A stretch of DNA of 64,000 nt from Bacillota bacterium (GTDB lineage Bacteria; Bacillota; Sulfobacillia; JAJZYS01; JAJYTV01). Below are positions 10,219 through 19,830 of this stretch, piece after piece; the stretch's first letter is position 1, and each line of letters opens with the position of its first letter. The position numbers and the translations under genes were made by a program. Location: assembly GCA_021793645.1 (NCBI GenBank), contig JAJYSJ010000003.1:44993-108992 (forward strand), written 5' to 3'. The notes below the pieces were generated by a model. The model was not told the origin of the DNA. It made no database searches and worked only from the letters and a program-made list of their open reading frames with translations.

Positions 10219-12078
10219 TCAGGCTGAGAGAAAGGGGACGGGTCCTCCCATCTGCCGGATCAGCCCACCAGCGCACCTGGGGCAGTACCCTCCTGCGTCG
10301 ACGAGATGGCGTTCCACTGCTGCGACTTGGTCCCTGTCCTCGGGCGCCGGCTGCGGATCCTGCAGCGTTCGGCGCAGGAAACCTTGGAGTTCCGCAAACA
10401 GATGGCGCTCCAGCGCGACGCGGAGGGCCGGATGGTCTGGCGCCGGAGACTCCTCGTGCCCCTGGCGCGCGTCGCGCAGACCGATCTCCTCGCGGAAGGC
10501 GCGCTTTTGGGACTCGCCTACTCCGATCTCCTCCTCGATGTCTCGCATCATCCGCTCCCGCTCCGGCTGGCAGGACCGCCCGAAACGGAGCGCGGCAAGG
10601 TAGTCTTCGATCGCATCCAGATAGCTGCGCCAGAGAGCGTCCAACCGATCCTGGAACGACGAGATGAACAGCGGGTAAACCTCTTCCTCGACGCGACTGG
10701 CGAGTTCTTCCCACACTTCGTGCAGCAGGTTCTGGTACAAATCCACGTCCTGCGCCGCGATCGCGGGATGCTCGCGCAGACCCGTCTTCAGTGCGCGCAG
10801 CGCATCAAGTACCGAGAGGCAGCCGTCCGCGCGCACGACCGCCCGGCCGAGCTGGTTCACGACATAGCGCGGAGACACGCCGCGCATCCCCTCTGCCGGA
10901 TTCTCCACGAGCAGTTCGATGCGGTCCTGATCGCCCATGCCCGGCACGCTCCGCCCATCGTACAGCAGCATTTTCTGCAGGCGCCCGAGGTTCGGCCGCT
11001 GCGACTCTTCCATTCGGGTGGAAACGGCAAACATGGCCGCAGCCTCGAGGGCATGCGGCGCAAAGTGGCTTCCTGCAGGGGCCGCGTCGCGGATCAGGCG
11101 CTCGTAGACCCGCAACTCGTCGGCGATGCGCAGGATGTAGGGTACGCGCACGGCCACGATGCGGTCTCGCAGCGCCTCGTTGCGCGGATTCTGGATGAAC
11201 GCGCGGTACTCCGCCTCGTTCGTGTGCCCTATGACCACCTCGTCCGCATAGAGCATGGCGTAGCGGCCGGTCTTGAACCGTCCCTCCTGTGCCAGCGTGA
11301 GGAGCGTGTAAAGAAAGCGCTCGTCGCACTTTAGCAGCTCCACGAATTCCATCAGGCCACGGCTGGCTACGTTCTGTTCCCCGTCGAAGCGGAAGGCGCG
11401 CGGATCCGACTCGACGCCGTACTCGCCGATGGTGCTCAGGTCTAGTGACCCCGTCAATTCCGAGATGTCCTGGGACTTCGGGTCCGACGGGGCGAACGTG
11501 CCGATGCCCACCCGACTCTGTTCGCTGAGGAAGATGCGCTCCACCGGCATGTGAGAGGGGTCGCCCTCGAACTGGCGGCGCAGCCGCTGGGCGCACACGG
11601 GGCACACGTCGCCTTCGATCTGGACCCCGAGTTCAAGCGAAAGCTCCGCGCGCAGCGGCGGCGGCACGAGATGCAGCGGCTCCTCATGCATCGGGCAGCC
11701 CGCAATCCCGTAGAGTGCGCCCTCCTCTGTGCGCGAAAAAGCTTCAAGGCCGCGCTTCAGGGTGTCGACCAGCGTCGACTTGCCACCGCCGACCGGTCCC
11801 AAGAGGAGCAGAATGCGCTTTCGAAGTTCGAAGCGCTGGGCTGCGGCTGCGAAGTATTCCTCCAGTTCCGCGAGCGGTCCCGAAAGGCCGAAGAGGGTGT
11901 CCTGGCAAAGCGCCTGTGCACCGCCCGCTGCTCGCAGCATGCGGTAGATGCGGCGGTGGCTGAGGTCCGCCACCTCCGGCCGTTCACGCACGATGTCAAG
12001 GTAGTCGGAGAAGCTGCCGCGCCAGGACCCTCGCCGTTCATCGTCCTGCACCCTGCGGATGCGCGCGCCGATATCCAA
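10219..12078 (-). CDS. prkA: PrkA/YeaG-family AAA+ serine kinase/ATPase
   Basis: Walker A GPVGGGKST, CPMHEEPL, RVGIGTFAPSDPKSQDISELTG, DPRAFRFDGE motifs. Confidence 0.93.
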   Translation of the reverse strand: MDIGARIRRVQDDERRGSWRGSFSDYLDIVRERPEVADLSHRRIYRMLRAAGGAQALCQDTLFGLSGPLAELEEYFAAAAQRFELRKRILLLLGPVGGGKSTLVDTLKRGLEAFSRTEEGALYGIAGCPMHEEPLHLVPPPLRAELSLELGVQIEGDVCPVCAQRLRRQFEGDPSHMPVERIFLSEQSRVGIGTFAPSDPKSQDISELTGSLDLSTIGEYGVESDPRAFRFDGEQNVASRGLMEFVELLKCDERFLYTLLTLAQEGRFKTGRYAMLYADEVVIGHTNEAEYRAFIQNPRNEALRDRIVAVRVPYILRIADELRVYERLIRDAAPAGSHFAPHALEAAAMFAVSTRMEESQRPNLGRLQKMLLYDGRSVPGMGDQDRIELLVENPAEGMRGVSPRYVVNQLGRAVVRADGCLSVLDALRALKTGLREHPAIAAQDVDLYQNLLHEVWEELASRVEEEVYPLFISSFQDRLDALWRSYLDAIEDYLAALRFGRSCQPERERMMRDIEEEIGVGESQKRAFREEIGLRDARQGHEESPAPDHPALRVALERHLFAELQGFLRRTLQDPQPAPEDRDQVAAVERHLVDAGGYCPRCAGGLIRQMGGPVPFLSA

Positions 12079-12192
12079 GCGGAATCCCCCTTCCCCTCCC
12101 CGCGACGCCTGTCGGCGAAGACGCGGCGCGCGCCTTAGGCGGCGCGCGCGATGGGAATCCGCTCTCAGTCTATGCGGCGCAGCGTGCTGCGC

Positions 12193-12981
12193 TCAGTCCA
12201 GGAAGGAAAGTACCTGCGCCCAGGCGTCCGCGGCTGCCAGCGGCCGGTAGGTCGCCTCGCGGGAGTCATTGAAGAAGGCGTGCGGCGCGCCCGGAAAGAC
12301 ACGATAGGTGAACTCCTTGCCGGCTTCGGCCATGGCCTTCGCAAGTTGCGGCACCGTATCTGTGATCCGGGGGTCCTCCCCGCCGTAGAGCCCGAGCACC
12401 TCGGCGCGGATCTTTGGCACCGCCTCGAGCGGCGGGTTCTCGCCGTAGAAGATCACCGCACGCCACAGATCCTGTGCCTTTGTCGCAACCTGGCCCGTGA
12501 TGCCCCCGCCCATGCAGAAGCCAAGGCAGGCAATCCGCGCGGGATCGACGCCGGGCGTCTGCTGCAGGAACTGAAGGGCACCCAAGAGGTCCTCCGCGAA
12601 CGCCGAGCGCTGTTCCGGACGCATCACGCGCATCAGCGTACGCAGCGCCGTGCGCTCCGCGGGCGGAAATTCCTGCAATGCGTCCTCCAGCCGCGACGGA
12701 TCGCGCTGGATCTCGGGCGGCGCCTGCCGCAGGAACTGCATGCCCGCCATAATTCGCTGCGGCTGCATCGCCTCTCGCCACTCGCCGGTGTAGAGGTCCG
12801 GCGCGAGCGCGACGAAACCCTGTTCCGCAAACCGCCTGGTCACGTTGCGAATGTGGTCGTCGAGACCCCAGATCTCGTGCACGACGATGATCGCCGGATG
12901 CAGCCCGTCGCCTTCGGGCAGCGCAAGGTACCCGTCGATCTCTCGATCTCGCCCCATGCAGCGAACTTCCTTTGTCTGCAT
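12193..12981 (-). CDS. Dienelactone hydrolase family protein
   Basis: HEIWGL, GFCMGG nucleophile elbow, AHAF-like HAFFND; start ATG 12981 with GGAGG RBS. Confidence 0.9.
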   Translation of the reverse strand: MQTKEVRCMGRDREIDGYLALPEGDGLHPAIIVVHEIWGLDDHIRNVTRRFAEQGFVALAPDLYTGEWREAMQPQRIMAGMQFLRQAPPEIQRDPSRLEDALQEFPPAERTALRTLMRVMRPEQRSAFAEDLLGALQFLQQTPGVDPARIACLGFCMGGGITGQVATKAQDLWRAVIFYGENPPLEAVPKIRAEVLGLYGGEDPRITDTVPQLAKAMAEAGKEFTYRVFPGAPHAFFNDSREATYRPLAAADAWAQVLSFLD

Positions 12982-13091
12982 GTTCGTCCTCCTCCAAGCG
13001 TCTTCTGCGGTCACCGAAAGCGTTTTGAGCCTCTGCTTCACGCAGCCTGGCGAAGGGCAGCACCAAACGGTGGGCCCAGTGAGCCTGTCGG

Positions 13092-14663
13092 CTACGCCTG
13101 CTTCGCGGTCTCGCGCAGGCTGGTCTTCACGACCTTCCCTGTCCCGGTCTTGGGCAGTTCAGGCAGGATGCGAACCTCATGCGGGATCTTGAAGTTCGCG
13201 ATGCGGCCGCGCAGGTGCTCTCGCAGCTCCTCCGGCTGCAGCGCAGCCCCCGGCCGCAGCACGACGAACGCGACGGGCACTTCGCCCCAGCGCGCGTGCG
13301 GCTTCGCCACAACGGCCGCTTCCATCACCGCCGGATGCGTGTAGATGGCGTCCTCCACCTCGACAGAGCTGATGTTCTCCCCGCCGGAGATGATCACATC
13401 CTTCTTCCGATCGACGATGCGGAGGTATCCGTTCGGTTCGACGACCGCCATGTCGCCCGTGTGGAACCAGCCGTCGACGAATACGGTCGCCGTCTCCTCC
13501 GGCCGGCGCCAGTATCCCGGGCTGATCATGTCGCCGCGCGCCCAAATCTCTCCGACGGACACCCCGTCGTGCGCAACCTCCTCTCCCTCTTCACCCATGA
13601 CGCGCAGCTCCGCTCCGAGAATGGGCAGGCCCGTAAGGGCCCGTAGGCGGTACTGCTCCGCTTCCGGCGCCGTCTTGAGCGTCTCCTTGATCACTGCCAG
13701 GGACAGCACGGGGCAGGTCTCGGAGAGGCCGTACCCGACGCTGCAGTCGACGCCCAGCTCGTCGTGCGCCTCCCGGATCATCGCGGAGGGCGGCGGTGCC
13801 CCGCCGATCGTGATGCGGCGCAAAGATCCAAGGTCATACTGGCTGCGCAGCGGCGAATTGAGGATGGCTGCGAGCATCGTGGGCACGAGGTAGGCGAGCG
13901 TCACACGCTCTTGGTGCACGAGCCGGAAAAAATCTTCGGGATCGAACCGCGACGTCACCACCTGCGTTCCGGCCATCGCCACGAGAAACTGCGGCGAGCC
14001 CCAGCCGTTCACATGGAAGAGCGGAACAGTTCCCACCAGCTGCACCTCGTCCGGATAAACGGGACCCGAAGCAATCACGGACATCGCATGCTGGTGCAGG
14101 TTGCGGTGCGTCAGCATGACGCCCTTCGGGCGCCCCGTCGTGCCGCTGGTATAGAAGATCTCCGCGACCTCTTGCTCGTCGATCTCCTCCGCGAGAAAGT
14201 CGCGCGGCGTCGCCTGCGCCAGCAGTTCCTCGTAATCCAGCCAGCCGGCAGGGGCATCGTCCGCACCGAGGTAGATGACCCGCACGTCAAATTGGGCGGC
14301 CAAGCGCTCAGCCATCGGCTTCAGGAAGCGGTCCGTCACCAGCAGCTTCGCCTCGAGATCTTGCAGGATGAACAAGAGCTCCGGCTCGGTGAGGCGAACG
14401 TTGAGCGGACTCAGAATGGCAGCGCAGGCGGGCACAGCATAGTACAGTTCGAGCAGTCGGTGGCAGTTCAGTCCAAGGTAGGCGACCCGGTCGCCGCGCC
14501 CGACGCCGAGGCCCGAGAGCGCTCCCGTTAGCTGGCGCACTCGATGGGCGTACTCGCGAAAGGTGAGACGCACCGACCCGCAGACGATGGCCGTCTTGTC
14601 GGGTTCGATGCGTTCCGCGTGGCGGAGGAAGCGCAACGGGGTCTGCGGCACGGGCATCGGCAT
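13092..14663 (-). CDS. Long-chain acyl-CoA synthetase (AMP-binding)
   Basis: YTSGTTGRPKG, GYGLSET, HTGD, DRKKDVIISGGEN motifs; start ATG 14663. Confidence 0.92.
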   Translation of the reverse strand: MPMPVPQTPLRFLRHAERIEPDKTAIVCGSVRLTFREYAHRVRQLTGALSGLGVGRGDRVAYLGLNCHRLLELYYAVPACAAILSPLNVRLTEPELLFILQDLEAKLLVTDRFLKPMAERLAAQFDVRVIYLGADDAPAGWLDYEELLAQATPRDFLAEEIDEQEVAEIFYTSGTTGRPKGVMLTHRNLHQHAMSVIASGPVYPDEVQLVGTVPLFHVNGWGSPQFLVAMAGTQVVTSRFDPEDFFRLVHQERVTLAYLVPTMLAAILNSPLRSQYDLGSLRRITIGGAPPPSAMIREAHDELGVDCSVGYGLSETCPVLSLAVIKETLKTAPEAEQYRLRALTGLPILGAELRVMGEEGEEVAHDGVSVGEIWARGDMISPGYWRRPEETATVFVDGWFHTGDMAVVEPNGYLRIVDRKKDVIISGGENISSVEVEDAIYTHPAVMEAAVVAKPHARWGEVPVAFVVLRPGAALQPEELREHLRGRIANFKIPHEVRILPELPKTGTGKVVKTSLRETAKQA

Positions 14664-14744
14664 GCACCTCCCGATGGTCTGCCCAGGGCTTCGCCTGCCG
14701 ATTTGGCGAATCCTGCCACGCTGCCGCTGGAAGGAGGATCCCTC

Positions 14745-15608
14745 GTGCGCGTCTTCGTCGCCGGGGCAACTGGCGTACTGGGAAGGACGGTTCTCGCGGA
14801 GCTGTTTGCGCATGGCCATGCGGTTGTGGCACTGGCACGGTCCCAGGATAAGGCGACCCTGCTGCGCAGCGTCGGGGCGGAACCGATCCCGGGCGACCTT
14901 CTCGCGCCCGCGACGTTCCAGCACGCCCTTACGGCGATAGACGCCGTTTGCAACCTTGCAACCGTTGTCCCCAGGCCACCCGCACTACCCACCGACTGGC
15001 TCCTGAACGACGTGGTCCTGCGCCAGGGCGTCGCGGGCCTCCTCGGGGCAGCACGGCGCATGAACGTCCCCTACTACGTGCAGCAGAGCTCGAGCGACCT
15101 CTACCTGCCCCAGGGCGACGTCTGGCTGGTTGAGGATGCGAAGACAGCGCCGCAGGAGCCTCTGCGCGCCTTCCTGGATGCTGAATCGGAGGTCGCGAGT
15201 TCTGGGTTGCCCTTCGCCGTCCTGCGTGCAGGGATCTACTACGGCGCAGGAACTCCCCTCACCGAGCGCCTGGCAGCAGGGGTTTCGAAGGGACTGCTGC
15301 AACTCAGCCACAGCGGCGAGAACTGGCTTTCACCGACGCACCTCTTCGACATGGCCAAGGCGATCCGACTCTGCATCGAGCAGCAGCCGAAGGGTCGCAT
15401 CTATAACGTCTGCGACGATGCGCCCCTGCAAGAGCGTGTTCTGCTGGCGTCCATCGCTGAAGAGTCGAACGCCCGCGTCGAATGCAGCGATGATGCTCCG
15501 CCGGATTCCGGGTGGCGGGTCTCGAACGCGCGCCTGCGCACGGAACTCGGCTTCGTCCCCTATTACCCCAGCGCACTTGGCGCAATCGGCGAACTGCGCG
15601 GCGGATAA
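14745..15608 (+). CDS. NAD-dependent epimerase/dehydratase family protein
   Basis: VFVAGATGVLG Rossmann motif; GTG 14745 after AAGGAGG. Confidence 0.82.
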   Translation: MRVFVAGATGVLGRTVLAELFAHGHAVVALARSQDKATLLRSVGAEPIPGDLLAPATFQHALTAIDAVCNLATVVPRPPALPTDWLLNDVVLRQGVAGLLGAARRMNVPYYVQQSSSDLYLPQGDVWLVEDAKTAPQEPLRAFLDAESEVASSGLPFAVLRAGIYYGAGTPLTERLAAGVSKGLLQLSHSGENWLSPTHLFDMAKAIRLCIEQQPKGRIYNVCDDAPLQERVLLASIAEESNARVECSDDAPPDSGWRVSNARLRTELGFVPYYPSALGAIGELRGG

Positions 15609-15650
15609 AAGCTCCCAGCAAAACGGCAGGCAAGGAGAAGGGACCTTCGC

Positions 15651-16622
15651 CTACTCCAGACGGTAGGCAGCGAACGGCGGATCGTCTCGGTACGGCAAAC
15701 TGCGCGCATCGAGCGCGGCACGGAGCGATTCGCCCAAGACAACATCAAGTGCGGCGAGGTTGGACTCGAGCTGTTCAGGGCTCGTTGCCCCGACAATTAC
15801 GCACGCGACGGCCGGGCGCCCCATCAGCCAGGCGATCGACAGCGCAGCCGTCGTGGTGTTCGCTTCCCTTGCGAGGACCTCGACGTCGCGCGCGAAGGCG
15901 ACCCTTTCCGGGTCCAGCCGCCTCGCGAAGGATGGATCTTTCTGGGCGCGCGAGCCGCTGGGCGCCGCTCCCGTCCCATACTTGCCCGTGAGGATGCCGC
16001 CTGCCAAGGGATAGTACGGCAGCAGGCTCACCCGCTCGTGGACGCAGAGCGGCTGCAGCTCTTGTTCCACCGTGCGGTCGGCCAAGGAGTAGGATGCCTG
16101 GATCGACTCGAAGCGCACAAGTTCATGCAGTCGGCTCTCTCCGAGCGCCAGCGCAAGCTGCCAGGCCGCATAGTTGGACGTGCCCACATAGCGGATCTTG
16201 CCCTGGTGGACCAGGTCGTCAAGCGTGCGCAGCGTCTCCTCGACCGGCGTAAACGGGTCGTAGAGGTGCACCTGGAAAAGGTCGATGTAGTCGGTGCGCA
16301 GCCGCCGCAGGCTGTCCTCGACGGACCGCAGGAGATGCTGGCGGCTGCCGCCCCGGCGGTTCGGCGCGTCCTTCACCGCGAACCCCGCCTTGGTGGCGAG
16401 GACGGCGTCCGCCCGCCGACCCGCCAGCGCTTCGCCAAGGATCTCCTCGGAACGGGTGTCGCTGTAGATATCGGCCGTGTCGATCAGGTTGACCCCGAGA
16501 TCGAGCGCCCGGCGCACCACGGCAATCGAGGTGTCCTTATCCGCTCGCGACCCGAAGGCGTTCGTGCCCAGGCCGATCGCGGACACCTCAAGTCCGCTGC
16601 GGCCAAGTCTGCGGTACTGCAT
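15651..16622 (-). CDS. Aldo/keto reductase
   Basis: YRRLGRSGL, IDTADIY, SLRRLRTDYIDLFQVH motifs. Confidence 0.93.
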   Translation of the reverse strand: MQYRRLGRSGLEVSAIGLGTNAFGSRADKDTSIAVVRRALDLGVNLIDTADIYSDTRSEEILGEALAGRRADAVLATKAGFAVKDAPNRRGGSRQHLLRSVEDSLRRLRTDYIDLFQVHLYDPFTPVEETLRTLDDLVHQGKIRYVGTSNYAAWQLALALGESRLHELVRFESIQASYSLADRTVEQELQPLCVHERVSLLPYYPLAGGILTGKYGTGAAPSGSRAQKDPSFARRLDPERVAFARDVEVLAREANTTTAALSIAWLMGRPAVACVIVGATSPEQLESNLAALDVVLGESLRAALDARSLPYRDDPPFAAYRLE

Positions 16623-16634
16623 TGGCGAGCCTCC

Positions 16635-17387
16635 TCAGCGCATGCGGCGAGTGCCTGGAATCAAGGTCCACAGGTACACGATGGCCGCGCCGATCAGGAT
16701 GGTCAGCACGATTTGGACGAGCAGGGCGCCGATGTTGAAGTTCAGCATCACGAGATTCAGCACCAGGGTGAAGATGATCGTGCTGGTCAGCCACTGCATC
16801 GAGTAGCCGCCAGCTCCGCGCAGCCTTCCCCACGCGTAGAGTGCCCCCACCATGCCCCAGAGCGATGGCCCGAGGCCGATGGGGAGCATGTTCAAGGACA
16901 TCTCCGCCAGATCGCCGATCAGCCCGCTGCCGAAGAAGACGATCAGAAACAGTAGGAGCGGGACCTCTCGCTCGAGCGCACCTCCGACGAAGTAGAGGAA
17001 CAGCAGGGAAAGCACGATGCCGAGAATCCCCGGGTTCACGAACAGCAGCATGACAATCTGCAGGAAGCCGCCGGAGTAGAAAAGGCCGCCAAGACCGGCC
17101 ATGGCGGCGATGGACAGTACCAAAGTGAAGGCCATCAACACAAGCGTTGCCGGCGATGCGCGCCAGTACCCCCAAGCGGCGGACTGCGCTCGGTGCGCCT
17201 GGGCTTGGCGCTTTTGCTGCTGCCAGTAGCGTCGAGCCTCCTCCCGCTCCTTGGCCTCCCTGCGCTGGCGCAGCTGGACAACACGGGCATCCTCGTGCAC
17301 CGATGCGACAGGGAACGGGCTGCCGCAGCTGTGACAGACGCGCTCGTCATCGGGAGCGGATGCCCTGCAGGTTGGACAGGTCTTCAT
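16635..17387 (-). CDS. Zinc-ribbon plus rhomboid-like membrane protein (catalytic residues not evident)
   Basis: CPTC...CHSC N-terminus, charged linker, about 6 hydrophobic segments with rhomboid-like spacing; ATG 17387 with GGGAGG RBS. Confidence 0.55.
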   Translation of the reverse strand: MKTCPTCRASAPDDERVCHSCGSPFPVASVHEDARVVQLRQRREAKEREEARRYWQQQKRQAQAHRAQSAAWGYWRASPATLVLMAFTLVLSIAAMAGLGGLFYSGGFLQIVMLLFVNPGILGIVLSLLFLYFVGGALEREVPLLLFLIVFFGSGLIGDLAEMSLNMLPIGLGPSLWGMVGALYAWGRLRGAGGYSMQWLTSTIIFTLVLNLVMLNFNIGALLVQIVLTILIGAAIVYLWTLIPGTRRMR

Positions 17388-17476
17388 GCATTGCCTCCCA
17401 GGGGACCACACCGCAGTGGCCCTTCTGGGTATATATCCTTCGATTTCGGGGTGTAATTCCCTCCGCGTCGATGCGA

Positions 17477-18685
17477 CTAGTCCGTGCGTCGCGTTACGGT
17501 GCTTCCATCGTGGCGCAGCACGACCCGCTGGCCGGCGACCGCAGTCTCGATCTGCACCGGGGGGCCCCAGAAGGCCTGAATCTCCCCCAGGACCGCTTCG
17601 GCTTCCGGCAGGTCAAGGTCGCGGCCGTCGTGCAGGTGGCGCAGTCGCAGCGTCAGGCCAGGATCCGCCTGCTCGACTTCCACCTGCGGCCGCGATCCGC
17701 TGCTGACCGCAAGCAGGAGCGCCGTACGCACCTCCTCTACGGTCGCCGTCCGCACGGCGCCCTGTCCCGACCGCACGGAAAGACCCAGCCGGTCCACAGC
17801 CCGCTGACTCAAGTGGTTGCGCAGGAACGCAGTGTCGTCCTCGTACGCGCGTACGGCGCAGAGCGTCTGCAAGACCTCGCTCCCAGGCACATCCCCTGGG
17901 GCCCCGCCGTGCTCAGCGGCGATCTCCTCGAGCAGGGCGAGCCCTAAGGCATACGGGTTGAAGCGTCCCGGCGAGAGCGCGACGATCTGGCTATGCAGGG
18001 CGGCGAACTCCAGGTACTCCGCCGGAGGGAGGTCGAGCGCGCGCATGATCCTCAGGTGCCAGAAGGTGGCCCACCCCTCGTTGAGGATCTTCGTGCGCTG
18101 CTGGGCGCGAAAGTACACGCCCTCCTCGCGTACGATCTCGAGGCATTCGCGCTGCCACCCCTCCACCGACCCGCCACGGGCGACGGCACCCAGCACGTCC
18201 TCCGGGCCGTAGGGCGCGCAATACTGTTCGAGGAGGAGCGCGCGATCCAGCGTCTCCTCGAGCAAGCGGGCACCATAGCGCATCCGGTACTCGTGCAGCC
18301 TGCGCCTGTGCAGCGGAAGGCGCCGAGCCGCGCCTTGCGAGAGCCCCTGCATCCAGAGGTTGTGGCGGAAGAAGTCGGCGTGACCGGCTACGTGTGCCCG
18401 GACCGTAACGTCTTCGATCGGCTCGTTGCCCAAAAGCACATAAGCCTGCGGCGGCTCCGTGTTGACGATCACCTCGTAGAAGCGCTGCAACCCCAGATTC
18501 GCCTGGATGCGCATGCGGTGGTAGGCTTTGCCGCGGCTCCAGTGGCCGTAGCGACCAAGAAAGCCATAGGTCGCGAGTACCTGCATCGTCCGCGAAGGCA
18601 CGCGGAAGAACTGGATGCCCTGCGCGTCCAGGCCGAACTCCTGCGCAAGATCCTGGGCGCGCCGGCCGAGCTCATCCCTGCGCAT
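17477..18685 (-). CDS. spoVR: SpoVR family protein
   Basis: RYGHWSRGKAY, YEVIVNTEP, AHVAGHADFFRHN, QRTKILNEGWATFWH motifs; start ATG 18685 overlaps the yhbH 3' end. Confidence 0.92.
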   Translation of the reverse strand: MRRDELGRRAQDLAQEFGLDAQGIQFFRVPSRTMQVLATYGFLGRYGHWSRGKAYHRMRIQANLGLQRFYEVIVNTEPPQAYVLLGNEPIEDVTVRAHVAGHADFFRHNLWMQGLSQGAARRLPLHRRRLHEYRMRYGARLLEETLDRALLLEQYCAPYGPEDVLGAVARGGSVEGWQRECLEIVREEGVYFRAQQRTKILNEGWATFWHLRIMRALDLPPAEYLEFAALHSQIVALSPGRFNPYALGLALLEEIAAEHGGAPGDVPGSEVLQTLCAVRAYEDDTAFLRNHLSQRAVDRLGLSVRSGQGAVRTATVEEVRTALLLAVSSGSRPQVEVEQADPGLTLRLRHLHDGRDLDLPEAEAVLGEIQAFWGPPVQIETAVAGQRVVLRHDGSTVTRRTD

Positions 18686-18905
18686 CGCCGAACAGCGCGT
18701 CGAGGGCGTCCAGCACACCCTGGCGATCGGCGACGCGCAGCGCGCGAAAGTGGGGCGCCTCAACCTCCGAAAGCGCCGTACCGAGCCCCGAGGCGCGGCC
18801 GTGCGGGCGCACCTCGACGTAGGCGAAGAGTTCGCTCGTCTGAAGAATCTCCCGCACGAGGTCGCGAGAAATCCGGTTATCGCTGTCACCCCAATTGTCA
18901 CCATC
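18672..18905 (-). CDS. yhbH: YhbH/YeaH (DUF444) C-terminal segment, separated from its 5' part by the inserted element
   Basis: Encodes DGDNWGDSDNRISRDLVREIL...FAYVEV...DALFGDAQG*, the end of DUF444 proteins. Residues upstream of 18905 in the track ORF come from the element. Confidence 0.88.
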   Translation of the reverse strand, partial: DGDNWGDSDNRISRDLVREILQTSELFAYVEVRPHGRASGLGTALSEVEAPHFRALRVADRQGVLDALDALFGDAQG

Positions 18906-18929
18906 TGGTGAATGATCTTTGGGGTGATT
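18886..18929. repeat. Left attachment junction of the element
   Basis: Host arm ...TCACCCCAATTGTCACCA + TC + T + element arm GGTGAATGATCTTTGGGGTGATT. Confidence 0.85.
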
Positions 18930-18973
18930 GTTTTGGAGATACGCTAACTGGAGAATCGCTTCTCCGTGCGCCA

Positions 18974-19180
18974 TCATTCCCACGCCTCATTTGTGCTCTC
19001 AGGTTCGGTTCTGTCTGCGGGATTTTGATCGGCATAGTCAATCGGTGCGATGCCAAGTTCCTCGTCAGTACAGCGTGCTGTGACGCGGCACGCGATCTCC
19101 ATGTATTGGGCCCATGCCTTCTTGCTGACGTTTCCGTCGCCGATTATGGTCACTCGCACCTTCTTCGCCTCAACGCCCAT
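18974..19180 (-). CDS. Small hypothetical protein at the element end (candidate recombination directionality factor)
   Basis: 68 aa, last ORF before the left junction. Function inferred from position only. Confidence 0.4.
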   Translation of the reverse strand: MGVEAKKVRVTIIGDGNVSKKAWAQYMEIACRVTARCTDEELGIAPIDYADQNPADRTEPESTNEAWE

Positions 19181-19830
19181 GCCTACGCGCGAAGAAGATT
19201 AGTCGTGCCTGTCCACTGCCTCAGCGGCAAGGTCCATATTAATCACCTCAACATTTTGGATTGGATCTCTCTAGCGACCAAGTCGCCGAGTCGCTCAGTC
19301 CTCCGACTGCCTGTAGCGCACCTGCCCGTCACCGATCACACCGAACTGCCGTCCTACTCGACGAGGGCCTGTCGGACAACAAGGCTGTTCGGCGACCCAC
19401 CGCGCAACTTTACCTCGTCGGGCCAACCCGGAGGGGACCAGAAGTGCATGAGCGGTTTGCTCGTCTGCATCGTCAAGAGCGAACGCGAAGAGCGTGTCGC
19501 GGACGTAGACGAAACCCGCGTTGCCGTCAGGCACGCGCGGGTCGAACTGCACTTTCGGATGTCGTCTCAAACTGCCCCGCACCTCTGCTGTGCCTCAGTG
19601 ACCTGTCTGCGCTCAACCTGATTGCCGCCTTGAGGTTCGTGCAGGGCCGAGTGCTGCAGGTGAACGCGGGACAAGAGCACACGCTTAAAACGCGTTCACA
19701 CCTACCGACTGCACCGGAGTTCGCCGGCGCCGGTCTCGAGACGGTCGAACCCGGATAGCTGTCCCTGCAGATAGTCCAGGCTACTAGGCACAGGGGGAGG
19801 GCTCAGGCATTCCCCTGTGCCGTTGAGAGT

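Noticed and set aside
8868-10714. N-terminal extensions of the acyl-CoA dehydrogenase ORF (to 9047) and the 552-aa ORF ending in OsmC
   Set aside because: They overlap other genes; internal starts with an RBS or at a domain boundary fit better.
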